Source: Amphiscolops sp. MND2022 (Eukaryota). Taken from it: a DNA stretch of 64,000 nt. The stretch spans positions 69,504,001 through 69,568,000 of the forward strand of contig OZ076409.1 of assembly GCA_964187785.1 (NCBI GenBank), read 5' to 3'. Positions 1-11,612 of this stretch are shown piece after piece. The notes under the pieces were generated by a model, which did no database searches, was not told the DNA's origin, and saw nothing but the letters and a program-made list of their open reading frames with translations. How positions within the stretch are numbered: position 1 is the first letter of the stretch; the number at the start of each line of letters is the position of its first letter. The translations under genes were made by a program, and so were the position numbers.

Positions 1-326
1 TTCAAACTAGTTTTAATCTCATTCAGTTTTCTTGACATTTGATTATAAATTTCTTCACTAATCATCCTTGTGGTTTCGATAGTTATTTCACTATTTTCTC
101 TACTGTTAGTATTGGGTATTGACCTAACGTCTTCTCCTATTACATTTGAATTTTGTTGTGGTCGACTAGACCCTGAGTCTAAATTCCTACCATTCTCACT
201 ACCATTGTTTTCCTCATCATCTCTAGAGTAACTTCCTAACATAATATCTACATTCTCCACATCGGACATCAAGTCCATTTGTCTAGATCGGCGTTCCTTA
301 GCATTTTGCTTTCTAGTTGAAGGCAT
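1..326 (-). CDS. Partial ORF running off the window (MPSTRKQNAKERRSRQMDLMSDVENVDIMLGSYSRD...), probably the first ORF of a transposable element; product unknown
   Basis: Manual translation from ATG at 326 is open to the window edge (108 codons). A TATATATA box lies about 165 bp upstream (~490-498). Absent from the ORF track because no stop falls inside the window. Confidence 0.5.
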   Translation of the reverse strand, partial: MPSTRKQNAKERRSRQMDLMSDVENVDIMLGSYSRDDEENNGSENGRNLDSGSSRPQQNSNVIGEDVRSIPNTNSRENSEITIETTRMISEEIYNQMSRKLNEIKTSL

Positions 327-1437
327 TGAAGAATCAGTTATTCCAATAGTGAATTGAAATATTTAACAAGTATTCCAGCAAACTTTAACTGGGTGAAAGT
401 TTGGACAATTCGTGTGAAATCACAGTAAGCGAAGTAATGGCTGGTATTCAGGTTATCCAAAGAATGATCCCCGGGACTTGCCGTCCCTAGTATATATACT
501 TTTCGTTGCATGACGCATCAATTTTAGGGTATCATGTTACTATAAATAAACGTTTTGCGCTTAAAATAGATCTAACAAATGACATCAATATTACGTCACT
601 AAATTGTTGTAGCCTAAAATAGCCTCAAAGCAACTTTGGGGGGGGGCAAGGCGGCATAGCCTTTAGGTCCGACGAATTGAATTGGGACTTGAATACATAT
701 ATGCGTATTCATGTAAATACATGCTCCTTCAAATATTACATGTCATTCAACCAAAAACCAAGAATATATGTTGATAACATTGTAATAGGTTCAAAAACTA
801 AATGTCTACATCGTTTCATGTACAGGCTCTTATTTGAGCTAATAACACCACAGCGGACCTTCAGTCCACTCGTCTACAGTACGGTACATGTAAGTTTTGG
901 ATTGAAAATGAATAGCACCATGGCAGACTGACGGTAGCCGCGGCTACAGCAAATGTATATCAATACTGCGCTGTTATTGGTCGTTATAATAATGGACTGC
1001 GTGTTCAGCTAGCTACAAGAAACGATCATTTGAACGTTTCCTGTATTGTGCTCACTTGTACGTTTTGATTCAAACATTTGAAACTGCATTAACACTTTCC
1101 AATTGCATCATATTGATTAACTTCGCATTATCACAGTAACCTTCTAATTGCGAGCTGTTATTACAAACACTAATAGCAACTGATGTAAATCGTACCAAAA
1201 ATAATCTATATACATGTAACTAATGAAATAAGCGTCAAAATTTATTGTAGGCAAGTCGACTCAAGGTCCCTTGTCGTTGAATTCCGTAGTGGCTAGTTAG
1301 TATATTGTATCATGTTTATCCAGCTGTTCCCATGGTCTTAGTGCTTCAAATAGGCAGTACGCCAGGTGCGGGGATAGGTGCGTTGTCTCCTGCTGGAATT
1401 TGATAGAAAATACCGTCACAGGCGGTAGCCTGTGACA
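1..1437 (-). mobile_element. Terminal part of an unidentified element (minus-strand terminus TGTCACAG with a terminal hairpin)
   Basis: Homology between the duplicated blocks (1438.. vs 5644..) stops exactly at ...TGTGACA(1437). GTCACAGGC-GGTA-GCCTGTGAC forms a 9-bp stem at that end. Same layout as the element at 61949-64000. Confidence 0.45.
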
Positions 1438-2733
1438 GCTGTCCTCCGGGATAGTGTTACTAGGATTCCAACTGCCATTGTTTCACAAGTAAAAGGTCAA
1501 TATGTCATTACTCAAATTCTTTGCGTCTCATTGTTTTTTGTTCTTTCAGTGTGCTTTTTATCATTTTGGCAAACTCCCTACTCTGACCGAGTTTGACCCA
1601 GTCGTGACGTTGACCTAGGTTTGACTGATATAACAGTTTCGTATAAATAATAACATTACTTCGGTTCATCAATTTTTTTCTACACTTTTTATCAATTTCA
1701 AATTTTTTCCAACCAAGGACCAAAATTGTTGTTTCTGAGCCTTGTGGTAGACCGGATTCAGAAAAGTTTTTAAAATAATGTTTTTGGAATTCTTCCCAGT
1801 ATTCTTGCTCCTCTTAGTTCGTCCCAAACTTCTGAACATTACAGGTGGGGAAAGGTATTGACTAAACCTCGTAACTTGAACTTCTAACGATGTGCGATGA
1901 CTAAGCTTCTGTTAAGTATAATTCAAACTTTCTCTTAGAAATATCGCAAAGCCACTCATTTTCAATATAAGAGTAGTACAGTGTAGTAAGACCAGTTGTG
2001 TTTGTACACTCCACAAACTTCATAAGAAAATCATTTAGTTTCTTAGCAAACAAAAAAAAGCATTTGGTTTTATTGATAGTCAAATTACTCCAATCAATAT
2101 TAGAATTTTTTATTTTTAGATGCTCCTCTTCTGAGCAATTTTTCGTCAAGGTTTTGTTTTGCTTTCGCGCTGGTAAAGTGAAATATTAAGTTTCACTTCA
2201 TAATTTTTCAGTTTTTAAAGATTATTTAGATATATTTTTACATCCCTGTGGTTAACCATGTAAAGGCTCACTTGGCCAGTTTTGGGGTTGGAATAGAACG
2301 ACAAACCGTGTGGGACTATGTCCTCAACAAGAAACTTGATAAGTGATTGCAGAATGCGAGTCAGTCGAATACATTATCAAGAATCATTTGATGATAATAT
2401 AAAACTATACACTAGGCAACAAATGTAACTATTTACTAGGAGCAAATTTTGAAGGCTCAATCACAGATAATCTGAATTTTGCACAATTTTATAAAAATTC
2501 TAACGTCACCTTAGAATTTTTATTGGCGTTTTTTGTTCTTAGATCCAATGATTTATTCAAAAGTTTTGAAGATCAACTTTTTGACAACTTCCGGCCATTT
2601 TTGTGGTTGAGGTGAAATTTCTCGGAAAGGTATTTAGCTATTACCATTTCAATGCCAGGTTTCTGTAGCTCTGGTTCGAACCAGGAAGAAGGTTGATTTT
2701 CAGCAAAAACGTCATTTAGATAATTGATAGAGA
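1438..2733. repeat. ~1.3-kb local duplication, copy b (copy a at 5644-6944), containing PON exon 2
   Basis: Collinear, highly similar sequence by eye, from gtcctccgg.atagtgttactagg to gataattgatagaga in both copies. Confidence 0.95.
2242..2322 (-). CDS. PON: Duplicated paraoxonase exon 2 (DIVPHGLSFYSNPKTGQVSLYMVNHRD)
   Basis: Same peptide as 6456-6536 with one synonymous change. Acceptor ttgttgag, versus ttgttaag in copy a. Contains the His115/His134 equivalents. Confidence 0.75.
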
Positions 2734-3705
2734 ACAGTGAAATTAGATGGGCTCTGCTACTTGCTCTGCTAATTAATTCTTTTTCTCATTCTGGCGTTCC
2801 ATCTATACTCAGATCCTTTTTTAATCCGTAGCTTTTGTGCTCGGAGTCTTTCTCCGCAATAGTAAATAGTTGATCCGCCGGCGTTTGCTCTTGCATGCTT
2901 TGCATCTTTTTTAACTTGCTTTTTCTGTTATAACCGAAGTGGTGATTCCTTTTTCTTCTTCAGCTTCGTTCAAGTCTGTAGCTCGGTAGATGACGGGTTT
3001 ACTTTTGATGTCACAATACTCGCATCTCATTGGTCTATGTTGTTTGCCAATGGTGCACAATCAGCTAATTCGATTGTTTTGTCCTGTTTTCTTTCACGAG
3101 CTCTATTACCACTTCTCTAAGTTAAAAAATTGAGTGGTTGGTTCTTCCTGCTGGAAAAATTGGTAATATATTGGGCGATTGCTACATGAGGGATCCCCTT
3201 TTCAGCAAAAGTTCCTGGGTTCTTTTTTTTGTCGCGCTTGAACAAGGATGGTTGAGTCTTTTCCACTTTGGAAACCCTCAATTTTTTAAAGGAATAACGT
3301 AATCTACAATACTCAATTTGGTTAAACTTCTCTTGACAGTATTTGACTCTCGACCAAGAAGAGGATGAATGGAGAGTGTCGTTTGTTCGTAGACCTCAGT
3401 CTGATAATATTTACTGATACAATCAGCTTATTCACTCTGAGTTGTTCGTTAAATGTTATGATCAACCTTTCACATAACAAATGTCATGTTCATCCCTTAT
3501 CGGACATTTAACATATCCTAAAATTTCTATTCGCACAAAACCGTTTAAAATTCCATTTTCTAATTACTGTCTCCGAAATTTTTTGTATTTAACTTGCTTT
3601 TCAAATGCTGCTGCGGACCGCAACGCATCTTTAGGATTATCCTTGGGCTCCGTACACAACCGTTCTTGTACAGTCAAGGTTTTTTGTATTCTATACGAAA
3701 GGGTC

Positions 3706-4851
3706 TGTTAGTGATCATCTCAAAATAATATTTCACGGGGCTTCAAGTCTCAAGAAAGATTCTTAAATGGCATTTCAACCCTGCTCAGGCTCCTCATTTC
3801 GGCGGTGTGTGGGAACACTTGATCCGATCATGCAAGGATGCATTTTACTCCATCCTTGGTTGCCAAACCCTGACGGACGACACCTTTACAATACTACTTT
3901 GCAAAAAAGAAGGTTTCTTGAACTGCCATCCACTCACTAGTGTTTCCACAGATGTTCGTGACATAGACGCGCTTACTCCTAGTCATTTTATCTTGGGGAG
4001 AGCTCGTGGCAAAATTCCTTTGACATTTTGCCATGACAATAGCACACCTTTGACTCGACAATGGAAATTTGCCCAACGACTGACCGACCAAGTATGGAAG
4101 CGACTGGAGAAAGAATATTACCCAACTTTAGTACCTAGAAAGAAATGGACATCTAAAACAATAGATTTGAAACCTGGTACACTAGTTTGGGTTTCAAAAG
4201 AATTCACTCCAAGAGGATTATGGCCTTTGGGTCGTGTCATAAAGGCATTGTCACAAGATTCAACCCAATTCGAGAGATATCTAATCAAAACTCAACTAGG
4301 TGAGAAGGAATATCAAGCTGTACAACTTGCACCTTGAAACCTCGTTAATCAAGATGAAACTGAAAACTAAAACTTTTTCGATTTTCACTTTGGAAGATTA
4401 TTTTGCGTTGCAAAATGAGCCGGCTGTTAGTGATCATGTCAAAATAGTATTTCACGTGGCTTCAAGTCTCGAGAAATGTTCAACTCCGAACTTCAAAAGA
4501 AACCTTTCACACTTCCGGAAAAAGCAATTGAACATTTCCGTCAACTTGGACCTTTGGAAAACTTTCTTCCACGCAAATTATCATCAACTCAAACTCTTTT
4601 GTTGAATTACCTTTATTCAATCGATGCTTACTTTACCTTATCACTGAAATCTAACTAAAAGACTCTTTCATGTAAAATATTTTTTCCTTCAAAGAAATAG
4701 ACTCCCAGATTGATCGGAACGGTCAATAAGCACTAGATATATGGTTTTGTACATTCCAAAATTCGACCCTCCAATCAAAATGGGCCACTTCAATTGAGCA
4801 TAACTGCAAAGATAAACGGACATTTATTACAATATCGAACCGGCAATTTCA
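3706..4851 (+). mobile_element. Internally deleted BEL/Pao LTR retrotransposon: 5' LTR stub 3706-3757, integrase C-terminal fragment, 427-bp 3' LTR 4425-4851
   Basis: TGTTAGTGATCAT... begins at both 3706 and 4425 (~52 bp, 4 mismatches). Element ends ...TTTCA at 4851. 5-bp TSD GGGTC at 3701-3705 and 4852-4856. Confidence 0.85.
3765..4337 (+). pseudogene. BEL/Pao integrase C-terminal fragment
   Basis: PAQAPHFGGVWEHLIRSCK, LTPSHFILG, WKRLEKEYYPTL..RKKW and WPLGRV, matching the equivalent motifs of the integrase at 26458-27726. Confidence 0.9.
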
Positions 4852-5643
4852 GGGTCAAAGTTCAGCGAATCTGTCTGATATAGTTTCTCACCCTTCCTGC
4901 TTTCGAGTAAAGAGTTTGAACCTATCTAGTATGCGGGTTCCTCTTCTCCTGAATGTTTCCTCAAAACGCTTCATTATCGTTAGTAGTTGGATATTGGATA
5001 CTTCCAATTTTGGAATTTATCCTTGAGCTTTTTTCGACCTATTGTTTCCATTGCTAAGAAGCGGCTTGTTTGTTTCCTCTCAAATTCGACTCTGCTGTTT
5101 TTCATGCATTTTGAATATTAGAGCTGCCACTCTCGTTGTCGCCTCTGTTAGTGTTCGTAGTAACTCGCCATCTGAAAATGAATATTTTGCTGCAACTTGC
5201 AGTTGGTCCAAATCCTCCAGAATTTTTTTCCTATTCTGTTTTACCAAAATTTTCTCGCATATCCCTGTACATTGCAAACTTCGCTACAGCTGAAGTCGAC
5301 AACGTTCCAACTTTCATGTTGATGTCGCATGAAGATGCTCGCAGCACCATAGAGAAGCCTGCAGTCTCAATTTGTTGAAGTGGGTATTGAAAAACAATTG
5401 TTTTGCGACAAGACCATTTGCAACAAGAGAACCCAGGTACGCTGAAGCTCAATACTGTTCCTTTTACTGTTGCTAACATTTTCTAAATTTAAGAACCGTT
5501 CTCGCTACCACACTTTTGTTATTTGCATATCCGAACTCAAAGAGTGCTCCTCGGGAGTGTTTTTTAAGAGGAGAAACGTTGCTTTTCTGTATCATATACT
5601 AGCTTAGTAGAGAAATAATCTCATACAAAATGTACATTTTTAC

Positions 5644-6944
5644 GTTGTCCTCCGGTATAGTGTTACTAGGATTCCAATTGCCATTGTTTCACAAGTAAAA
5701 GGTCAATATGTCATTACTCAAATTCTTTGCGTCTCATTGTTTCTTGTTCTTTCAGTGTGCTTTTTATTATTTTGGCAAACTCCCTACTCTGACCGAGTTT
5801 GACCCAGTCGTGACGTTGACCTAGGTTTGACTGATTTAACAGTTTCGTATAAATAATGACATTACTTCGGTTCATCAATTTTTTTCTACACTTTTTATCA
5901 ATTTCGAATTTTTTCCAACCAAGGACCCAAATTGTTGTTTCTGAGCCTTGTGGTAGACAAAACCGACCGGATTCAAAAAAGTTTTTAAAATAATGTTTTT
6001 TGGAATTCTTCCCAATATTCTTGCTCCTCTTAGTTCGGTCCAAACTTCTGAACATTGCAGGTGGGGAAAGGTATTGACTATACCTCGTAACTTGAACTTC
6101 TAACGATGTGCGATGACTAAGCTTCTATTAAGTATAATTCAAACTTTCTCTTAGAAATATCGCAAAGCCACTCATTTTCAATATAAGAGTAGTACAGTGT
6201 AGTGAGACCAGTTGTGTTTGTACACTCCTCAAACTTCATAAGAAAATCATTTGGTTTCTTAGCAAACAAAAAAAGCATTTTGTTTTATTGAGAGTCAATT
6301 TATTCCAATCAATATTAGAATTTTTATTTTTAGATGCTCCTCTTTTGAGCATTTTTTCGTCAATGTTTTGTTTTGCTTTCGCGCTGGTAAAGTGAAATAT
6401 TAAGTTTCACTTCATAATTTTTCAGTTTTTACAGATTATTTAGATATATTTTTACATCCCTGTGGTTAACCATGTAGAGGCTCACTTGGCCAGTTTTGGG
6501 GTTGGAATAGAACGACAAACCGTGTGGGACTATGTCCTTAACAAGAAACTTGATAAGCGATTGCAGAATGCGAGTCAGTCAAATACATTATCAAGAATCA
6601 TTTGATAATAATATAAAACTATACACTAGGCAACAAAAGTAACTATTTACTAGGAGCTAATTTTGAAGGGTCAATCACAGATAATCTGAATTTTGCACAA
6701 TTTTGTAAAACTAACGTCACCTTAGAATTTTTATTGGCGTTTTTTGTTCTTAGATCCAATGATTTATTCAAAAGTTATGAAGATCAACTTTTTGACAACT
6801 TCCGGCCATTTTTGTGGTTGAGGTGAAATTTCTCGGAAAGGGATTTAGCTTATACCATTTCAATGCCAGGTTTCTGTAGCTCTGGTTCGAACTAGGAAGG
6901 GAGTTGATTTTCAGCAAAAACGTCTATTAGATAATTGATAGAGA
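5644..6944. repeat. ~1.3-kb local duplication, copy a
   Basis: Matches 1438-2733. Confidence 0.95.
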
Positions 6945-8757
6945 TCTCTATCAATTTTCCAATTGACGTTTTTGCTGAAAATCAACTCCCTTAGAGAAAT
7001 CGGACAAAAAATTGAACGTGTGATTTCGCTGAGCCAGTTTCGAGAAACTATAGTGATTATTAGTAATTACCGTGAAAAAAAAACATGAGTGAGGTAATTG
7101 TCTAAACTATTTTTATGAATTTTGGACAGTCATGGTATTTGATCAAGTTTTCTTGCAATGAAAAGAAAACGTTGAAACTTTGTGCTCACCAGAAGCTTGA
7201 AAGGTGGTTTTCATGAACGAAATTAGTCTTGAGAGAATTTCGATGATGTTTTTGATTAGGCTTCCCAGTGTAAAAACTCTTGAAACTCTTGCCAAGATCT
7301 TGCATATTCTTACATATTCCCGTTTACTCTTGAAACTCTTGATAAGATCTTGTTTATTCTTGCTTCACACAAACCTCTTGAAATTCTTGATAGGAATCTT
7401 GGTAACCCTTGGTGAACTTGCTTGAATTTTTTATATGCTCTTTAAAGTTGCCAGCAACTTTTTCAATGATTTTCTAAATCTCCTACGGAAACTTTAATGC
7501 GTTATTATTTCCCTGTTGTCATCAACATTTATCAAGCTGATTCAAAGAATCATCAAAGTTTTGGCGGCAATTTCAAGCCGTGGAGTTCTGCGAGTTTTAT
7601 TATGCATCAGTTCTAATTTTAAATGCATCTGATACGTTAACAATTTTGCCGCCATTTTAATGCAAATTAATTTCATTCACAATGTAAACGGCAAACTAGC
7701 GTCATCTTCAGTGTCCTATTTGAGAAGCGGTGATTAAATCAGATGAGTAGTTGAGAAATTAATGTGTGAAAAAACGTGATCGTGTCCATAAAGAAGAGGG
7801 AAATATTTTCAAATTTAATTGCAGTAGTGGAGAATGCAGTGTAATTCTACAAGATTTACCAACGGATGCATACTGAATTTTCTAGGTTTTATAAAGAATT
7901 ACCCTGCATGCAGGCCTGCAGCATGTAAAAAGATCAAGCAGTCTCAACTAGGGAAGAGTCTTATCCAGAGTGTCAAGAGAATGAATGTAAAACAAACAGT
8001 AATTTTGTTTACAAGTACTTTGCTGTTGTTCCCACTACCAGCTGCACTATCATTCTTTGAAGTATTGGGTATAAGACAACACAAAGTAGTGAAATTCAGA
8101 ACGTGATAGCTTGGTTGGTTGCGTGAAAAGCTGTGGCATAGTAGGTACGCTGATCAAGCTGCAGTTGGCGTTGGTTTTTGTTTGTTTTCATTCACTTTTG
8201 TAAGTTCATCTCTTGAATTTCTTGGCACGATCTTGCAAGATCTTACAAATTCGTGGATTTCTTGGTAAGAATATTGGCAAGATTCTTATCAAGAAATCCA
8301 GGAAAATCCAAGATTCTTATCAAGAATTGCAAGAGTTTTTCTACTGGGTTGTACCGCATATCTGTTTTAGAATACAGACCAAACACTGAAATGCAAATAA
8401 TTAATTCCAATTCTCAGCTCTTACTTTTGAATCATAGTTGGAGCTGAATTTCAGTTTGGTGACGTTTTTTGAGGGTTCGTTGAAATCAAACATGTACAAT
8501 CCAGGGTCTTTGATAGCACTCGTGTTGTGGAAACCTTCAAGTTTATATCCTGACGTCATTATTGCGACTCCATTCGGCAGAACTACTATCTTCTCGGCTC
8601 CGAACTCAATTCCTTCAACTACTCGACAAGGACCAGGGTAGTGGTCGTATAAAACTCTTTGCAGACCCAGACGATTGTAAATGTCGAAGAAATTGTAAAC
8701 TGCTAATGAAAGAATGAGAATGAAAAGTGGCGTAAATGCTTTTCCGCAAAAAGTCAT
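6456..8757 (-). CDS. PON: Paraoxonase/arylesterase paralog B, 5' part: exon 1 8757-8425 (333 nt), exon 2 6536-~6456; later exons not in window
   Basis: Near-identical to exon 1 of the complete copy (GPCRVVEGIEFGAEKIVVLPNG..SG, compare PON1 [22 protein letters not shown]..SG). Donor GTAAGA starts at 8424; AG acceptor at 6538-6537. Confidence 0.88.
6897..6992. repeat. 96-bp spacerless palindrome centred on GAGATCTC
   Basis: aagggagttgattttcagcaaaaacgtc...gacgtttttgctgaaaatcaactccctt, few mismatches. Confidence 0.9.
7264..8348. mobile_element. Non-autonomous DNA transposon with CCC termini (EnSpm/CACTA-like) in PON-B intron 1
   Basis: TIRs CCCAGTGTAAAAACTCTTG / CAAGAGTTTTTCTACTGGG, TT on both flanks, subterminal TCTTG/CAAGA arrays. 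Its internal part recurs inverted and diverged at ~14040-14535. Confidence 0.7.
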
Positions 8758-9541
8758 TTCCTGAACGTTGCAAAGACTACGGTTAACAATGAAATGTTCT
8801 TAGAAAGCGCATTGCTGCAATTATAAAATGTTTGACACACAAATTTTGTTCATCAAGAACATCGATTTTTTGAGCGCATCATTTTTGTTTCAATTAAACC
8901 GGATATTATTCAGCAACAGGGGGCCTGTTTTCCACGTGATATCCAAAATACATCGAAGGCATAAATGCAACATCGAAGGAAAAGCAATTTGAAGCTCGTA
9001 GCTCTCCATTTTCGAAAAAAATGATAGCTTTCAAAAAGACTTCCATTTTAGTCTTCCTTACTACAAGAAGCCCTTTCGGAAAATATGCCATCACGATAAA
9101 CGAAGTCGTTCGGCGAGATATGATCTAGTGTAAAAACAGTTGGTTTTTTACCGAAAAGTCTTTTTGACAATTTTTTACTTGATGTTTTTGGCATTCCACC
9201 AATTGTCATGGTTTTTTCGCGGCCTTTATTTCAATTGCATTGTTGATCTTGCACTAGCTTTCTGCCATTCGAATCATAGAAAATAATTTATGAAATTTTT
9301 AACATTCTGTATCGTTAATATGCCACGATCAGGTCTACAACGAGAACCCAATATTCATGCATGAATTTCTTCGTTACACACTGCGCCTACCATGGCAATT
9401 TTACGCAAGTATGTCATAAATTAATTGATTCCAACAGAAACCACATGGGTGTGTTAATTTAAATTACTTTTGATGAACTCTTTTCATTAGAACGTAATGA
9501 AAGACGAAATCTGGAAAAGTTTATAATAGTAGTTGAAAACA

Positions 9542-9923
9542 GGGATTATTCAATTCGTCGAACATTCAATTCGTCGAACATGTATTAATTTAGCGAGCAT
9601 GGTATGACGTAATGTAATTAACGGTTTCGGCCAATCAAACTCGAGCATTCAAAAATACGATAAGGTATTCAGCTATGTTCACATACTCCTAGTGCCCTAA
9701 ATGCAGGAGCGAAGCGAAGCGGAGAGACGTGCCATTATGCCATGCCTCAATATTGCTACTTGGCGAAGGAAGAGAAGCGACCGAGCCATACAACAAATAT
9801 GCTAATCGCCACAAAATATAACCAAATCAAATGAAAATAATCGCTGATATGGAATTCTTTCGACGCATTGAATAGCTTTTCATTTTTCGACGATTTTAAT
9901 GTTCGACGAATTGAAGTTGCACC
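9542..9923. mobile_element. MITE with G-initiated TIRs and 9-10-bp TSD (Mutator/Merlin-like)
   Basis: TTCAATTCGTCGAACA / TGTTCGACGAATTGAA inverted repeats. GTTGAAAAC(A) flanks both sides (9532.., 9924..). Internal core shared with 29908-30746. Confidence 0.75.
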
Positions 9924-11242
9924 GTTGAAAACAACTTGTTGCATCGATTGCCTAATTTCAATGTCACATCAAACAAAATTTTATACCAATAATCAAGTTT
10001 TCTTTCTTTTTAGACGCAGAACTCTTAAATTTAGTTCATCAAAACAGGGAAAATCATCTTACCTTGTGGCTTTAAGAATGAATTGCAGTGCAGAGTCGAA
10101 TTATAAAGGATCGAAATTTTCGCAGTTATCTAGCTAGGATTAAGAGGTGTAACTTGATTTTTATATCAAATTACCAATACAAGAGCGTTATTTAAAAAAT
10201 ATAAACCACTGATGGGCTCAGTGATGTTTCTGTTTTAGGCTACAATCACCATTAAAGTCAGTGTTCGATAATGGAAACATCGGAAATGACTACTTTTGAA
10301 ATGTCCTGTCATTTCATGATATAGCGCACAATGAATCACTGTACCTGTTTACACCGCATTTGATTCTTCCTAACTATTACTGTACTAGTTTACAACGCCT
10401 TTGATTGCAAACATTAACACTAAAATGAGCAATCACTTCTTTTTTAAAATTGAAAAATGAATTTGAACAAAATTTTGAACAATTTATGTTGGACAAATCT
10501 TGGGCTATATTTAACTTGAACAAAATAAACTACAACTGCTAAGCGTATATGGCGTTCCGCAATCATCTTTGAATGCAGGCAAAGATCTCGACGTACAAAT
10601 AATTAACACTTGTTCGCATTATCTCATTACAAGAGCTGCTTCGCTGCTGTGAGAATTGACAATTGTTAACGAGATGCGAGATGGGACGGTAGAAGTGCGG
10701 AAAAAATCTACATATTGAGTTGCTATAACATTTCAGCTAACGCAGAAAAATTAATACCTTAAAGTTGAGCTCATGGGTTCCCGGGTTGGCCCTCCGTGGA
10801 TATCTTAGTATGATCCTAATAAGAATCTTTCCATGGGTTCCGTGGTTGCCAAGATGTAGTAGGAATTTGGTAAGATCTTGTCAAGACAGCCAAGATGCTA
10901 GTGAGAGGGTCAACCCGGGTTTCGATCTCTGATCGGAAATTTTCAGAAATTCGAAGTTTGAAATTGCACCAATGCTCAAATTTCTCTGTCGTGTAACGAA
11001 CACTGTAGTTAGAGAATTTGGTTGCAAATTCAGTATGTAATTAGATAGAATGCAATAACTCAGTAACATGAGACTGACTTAGCTACATGGTAAATACTAA
11101 CGCCTATCTGCAAACAAAGCGATTGAAGGCCACAAAATAAATCAAATTCGTACTTGCGAGTGTTAGTCATGAATGTGTGTGATATACAGTGATTCTGATG
11201 CATGGTAATCTTCAGTGCGCTTCAAAATTTTATAGAAGATTA

Positions 11243-11612
11243 CTAGGTGATTCAAAAAAACGGAACGCACAAAGAATTTCGCTCTTCAAAATTGTAATAT
11301 TTGTAAACAAGACACTGAAAATTGTCCAGTCAATCTTCCAAATCGTAGCTCTCATTACGTAATCAACTCTTCAACAAAAGATGATTTGAACCCTGTATGT
11401 GAAATTCTAGACATTTTTACCAGTCACTTTGTTTGCGCTTCTGATGTGTGAAAGTTCTTTGACACTCGAATGTGTGAGAGCAATGTTGTCAAATTGAATG
11501 ATTGGCAAGCTGAATTTCAGCGTTCAAAGTTGTTTTGAAACATTTTGTTGACAAATATGTGACACTTTGAGAGCACAAAAAAATTTTGCGTTCCGTTTTT
11601 TGGTTCACCTAG
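11243..11612. mobile_element. Tc1/mariner-type MITE
   Basis: TA|CTAGGTGATTCAAAAAAACGGAACGCA ... TGCGTTCCGTTTTTTGGTTCACCTAG|TA. A related right-end fragment lies near 57320-57420. Confidence 0.8.

Larger units (their letters stand above)
2760..5480 (-). pseudogene. Highly degenerate Ty3/Gypsy gag(-pro) remnant, interrupted by a BEL/Pao insertion
   Basis: Broken minus-strand translation gives RILDRFKLFTRKQEG*ETISDRFAEL (RxxFxxRKQxxGE capsid motif) and TVQERLCTEPKDNPKDALRSAAAFEK on either side of the insertion. Many stops; boundaries approximate. Confidence 0.45.

Noticed and set aside
5714..6055. 113-aa minus-strand ORF (partial copy at 1508-1723) as a further PON exon or gene
   Set aside because: No similarity to PON, and the frame is disrupted in the sister copy; could be an old TE fragment but unsupported.
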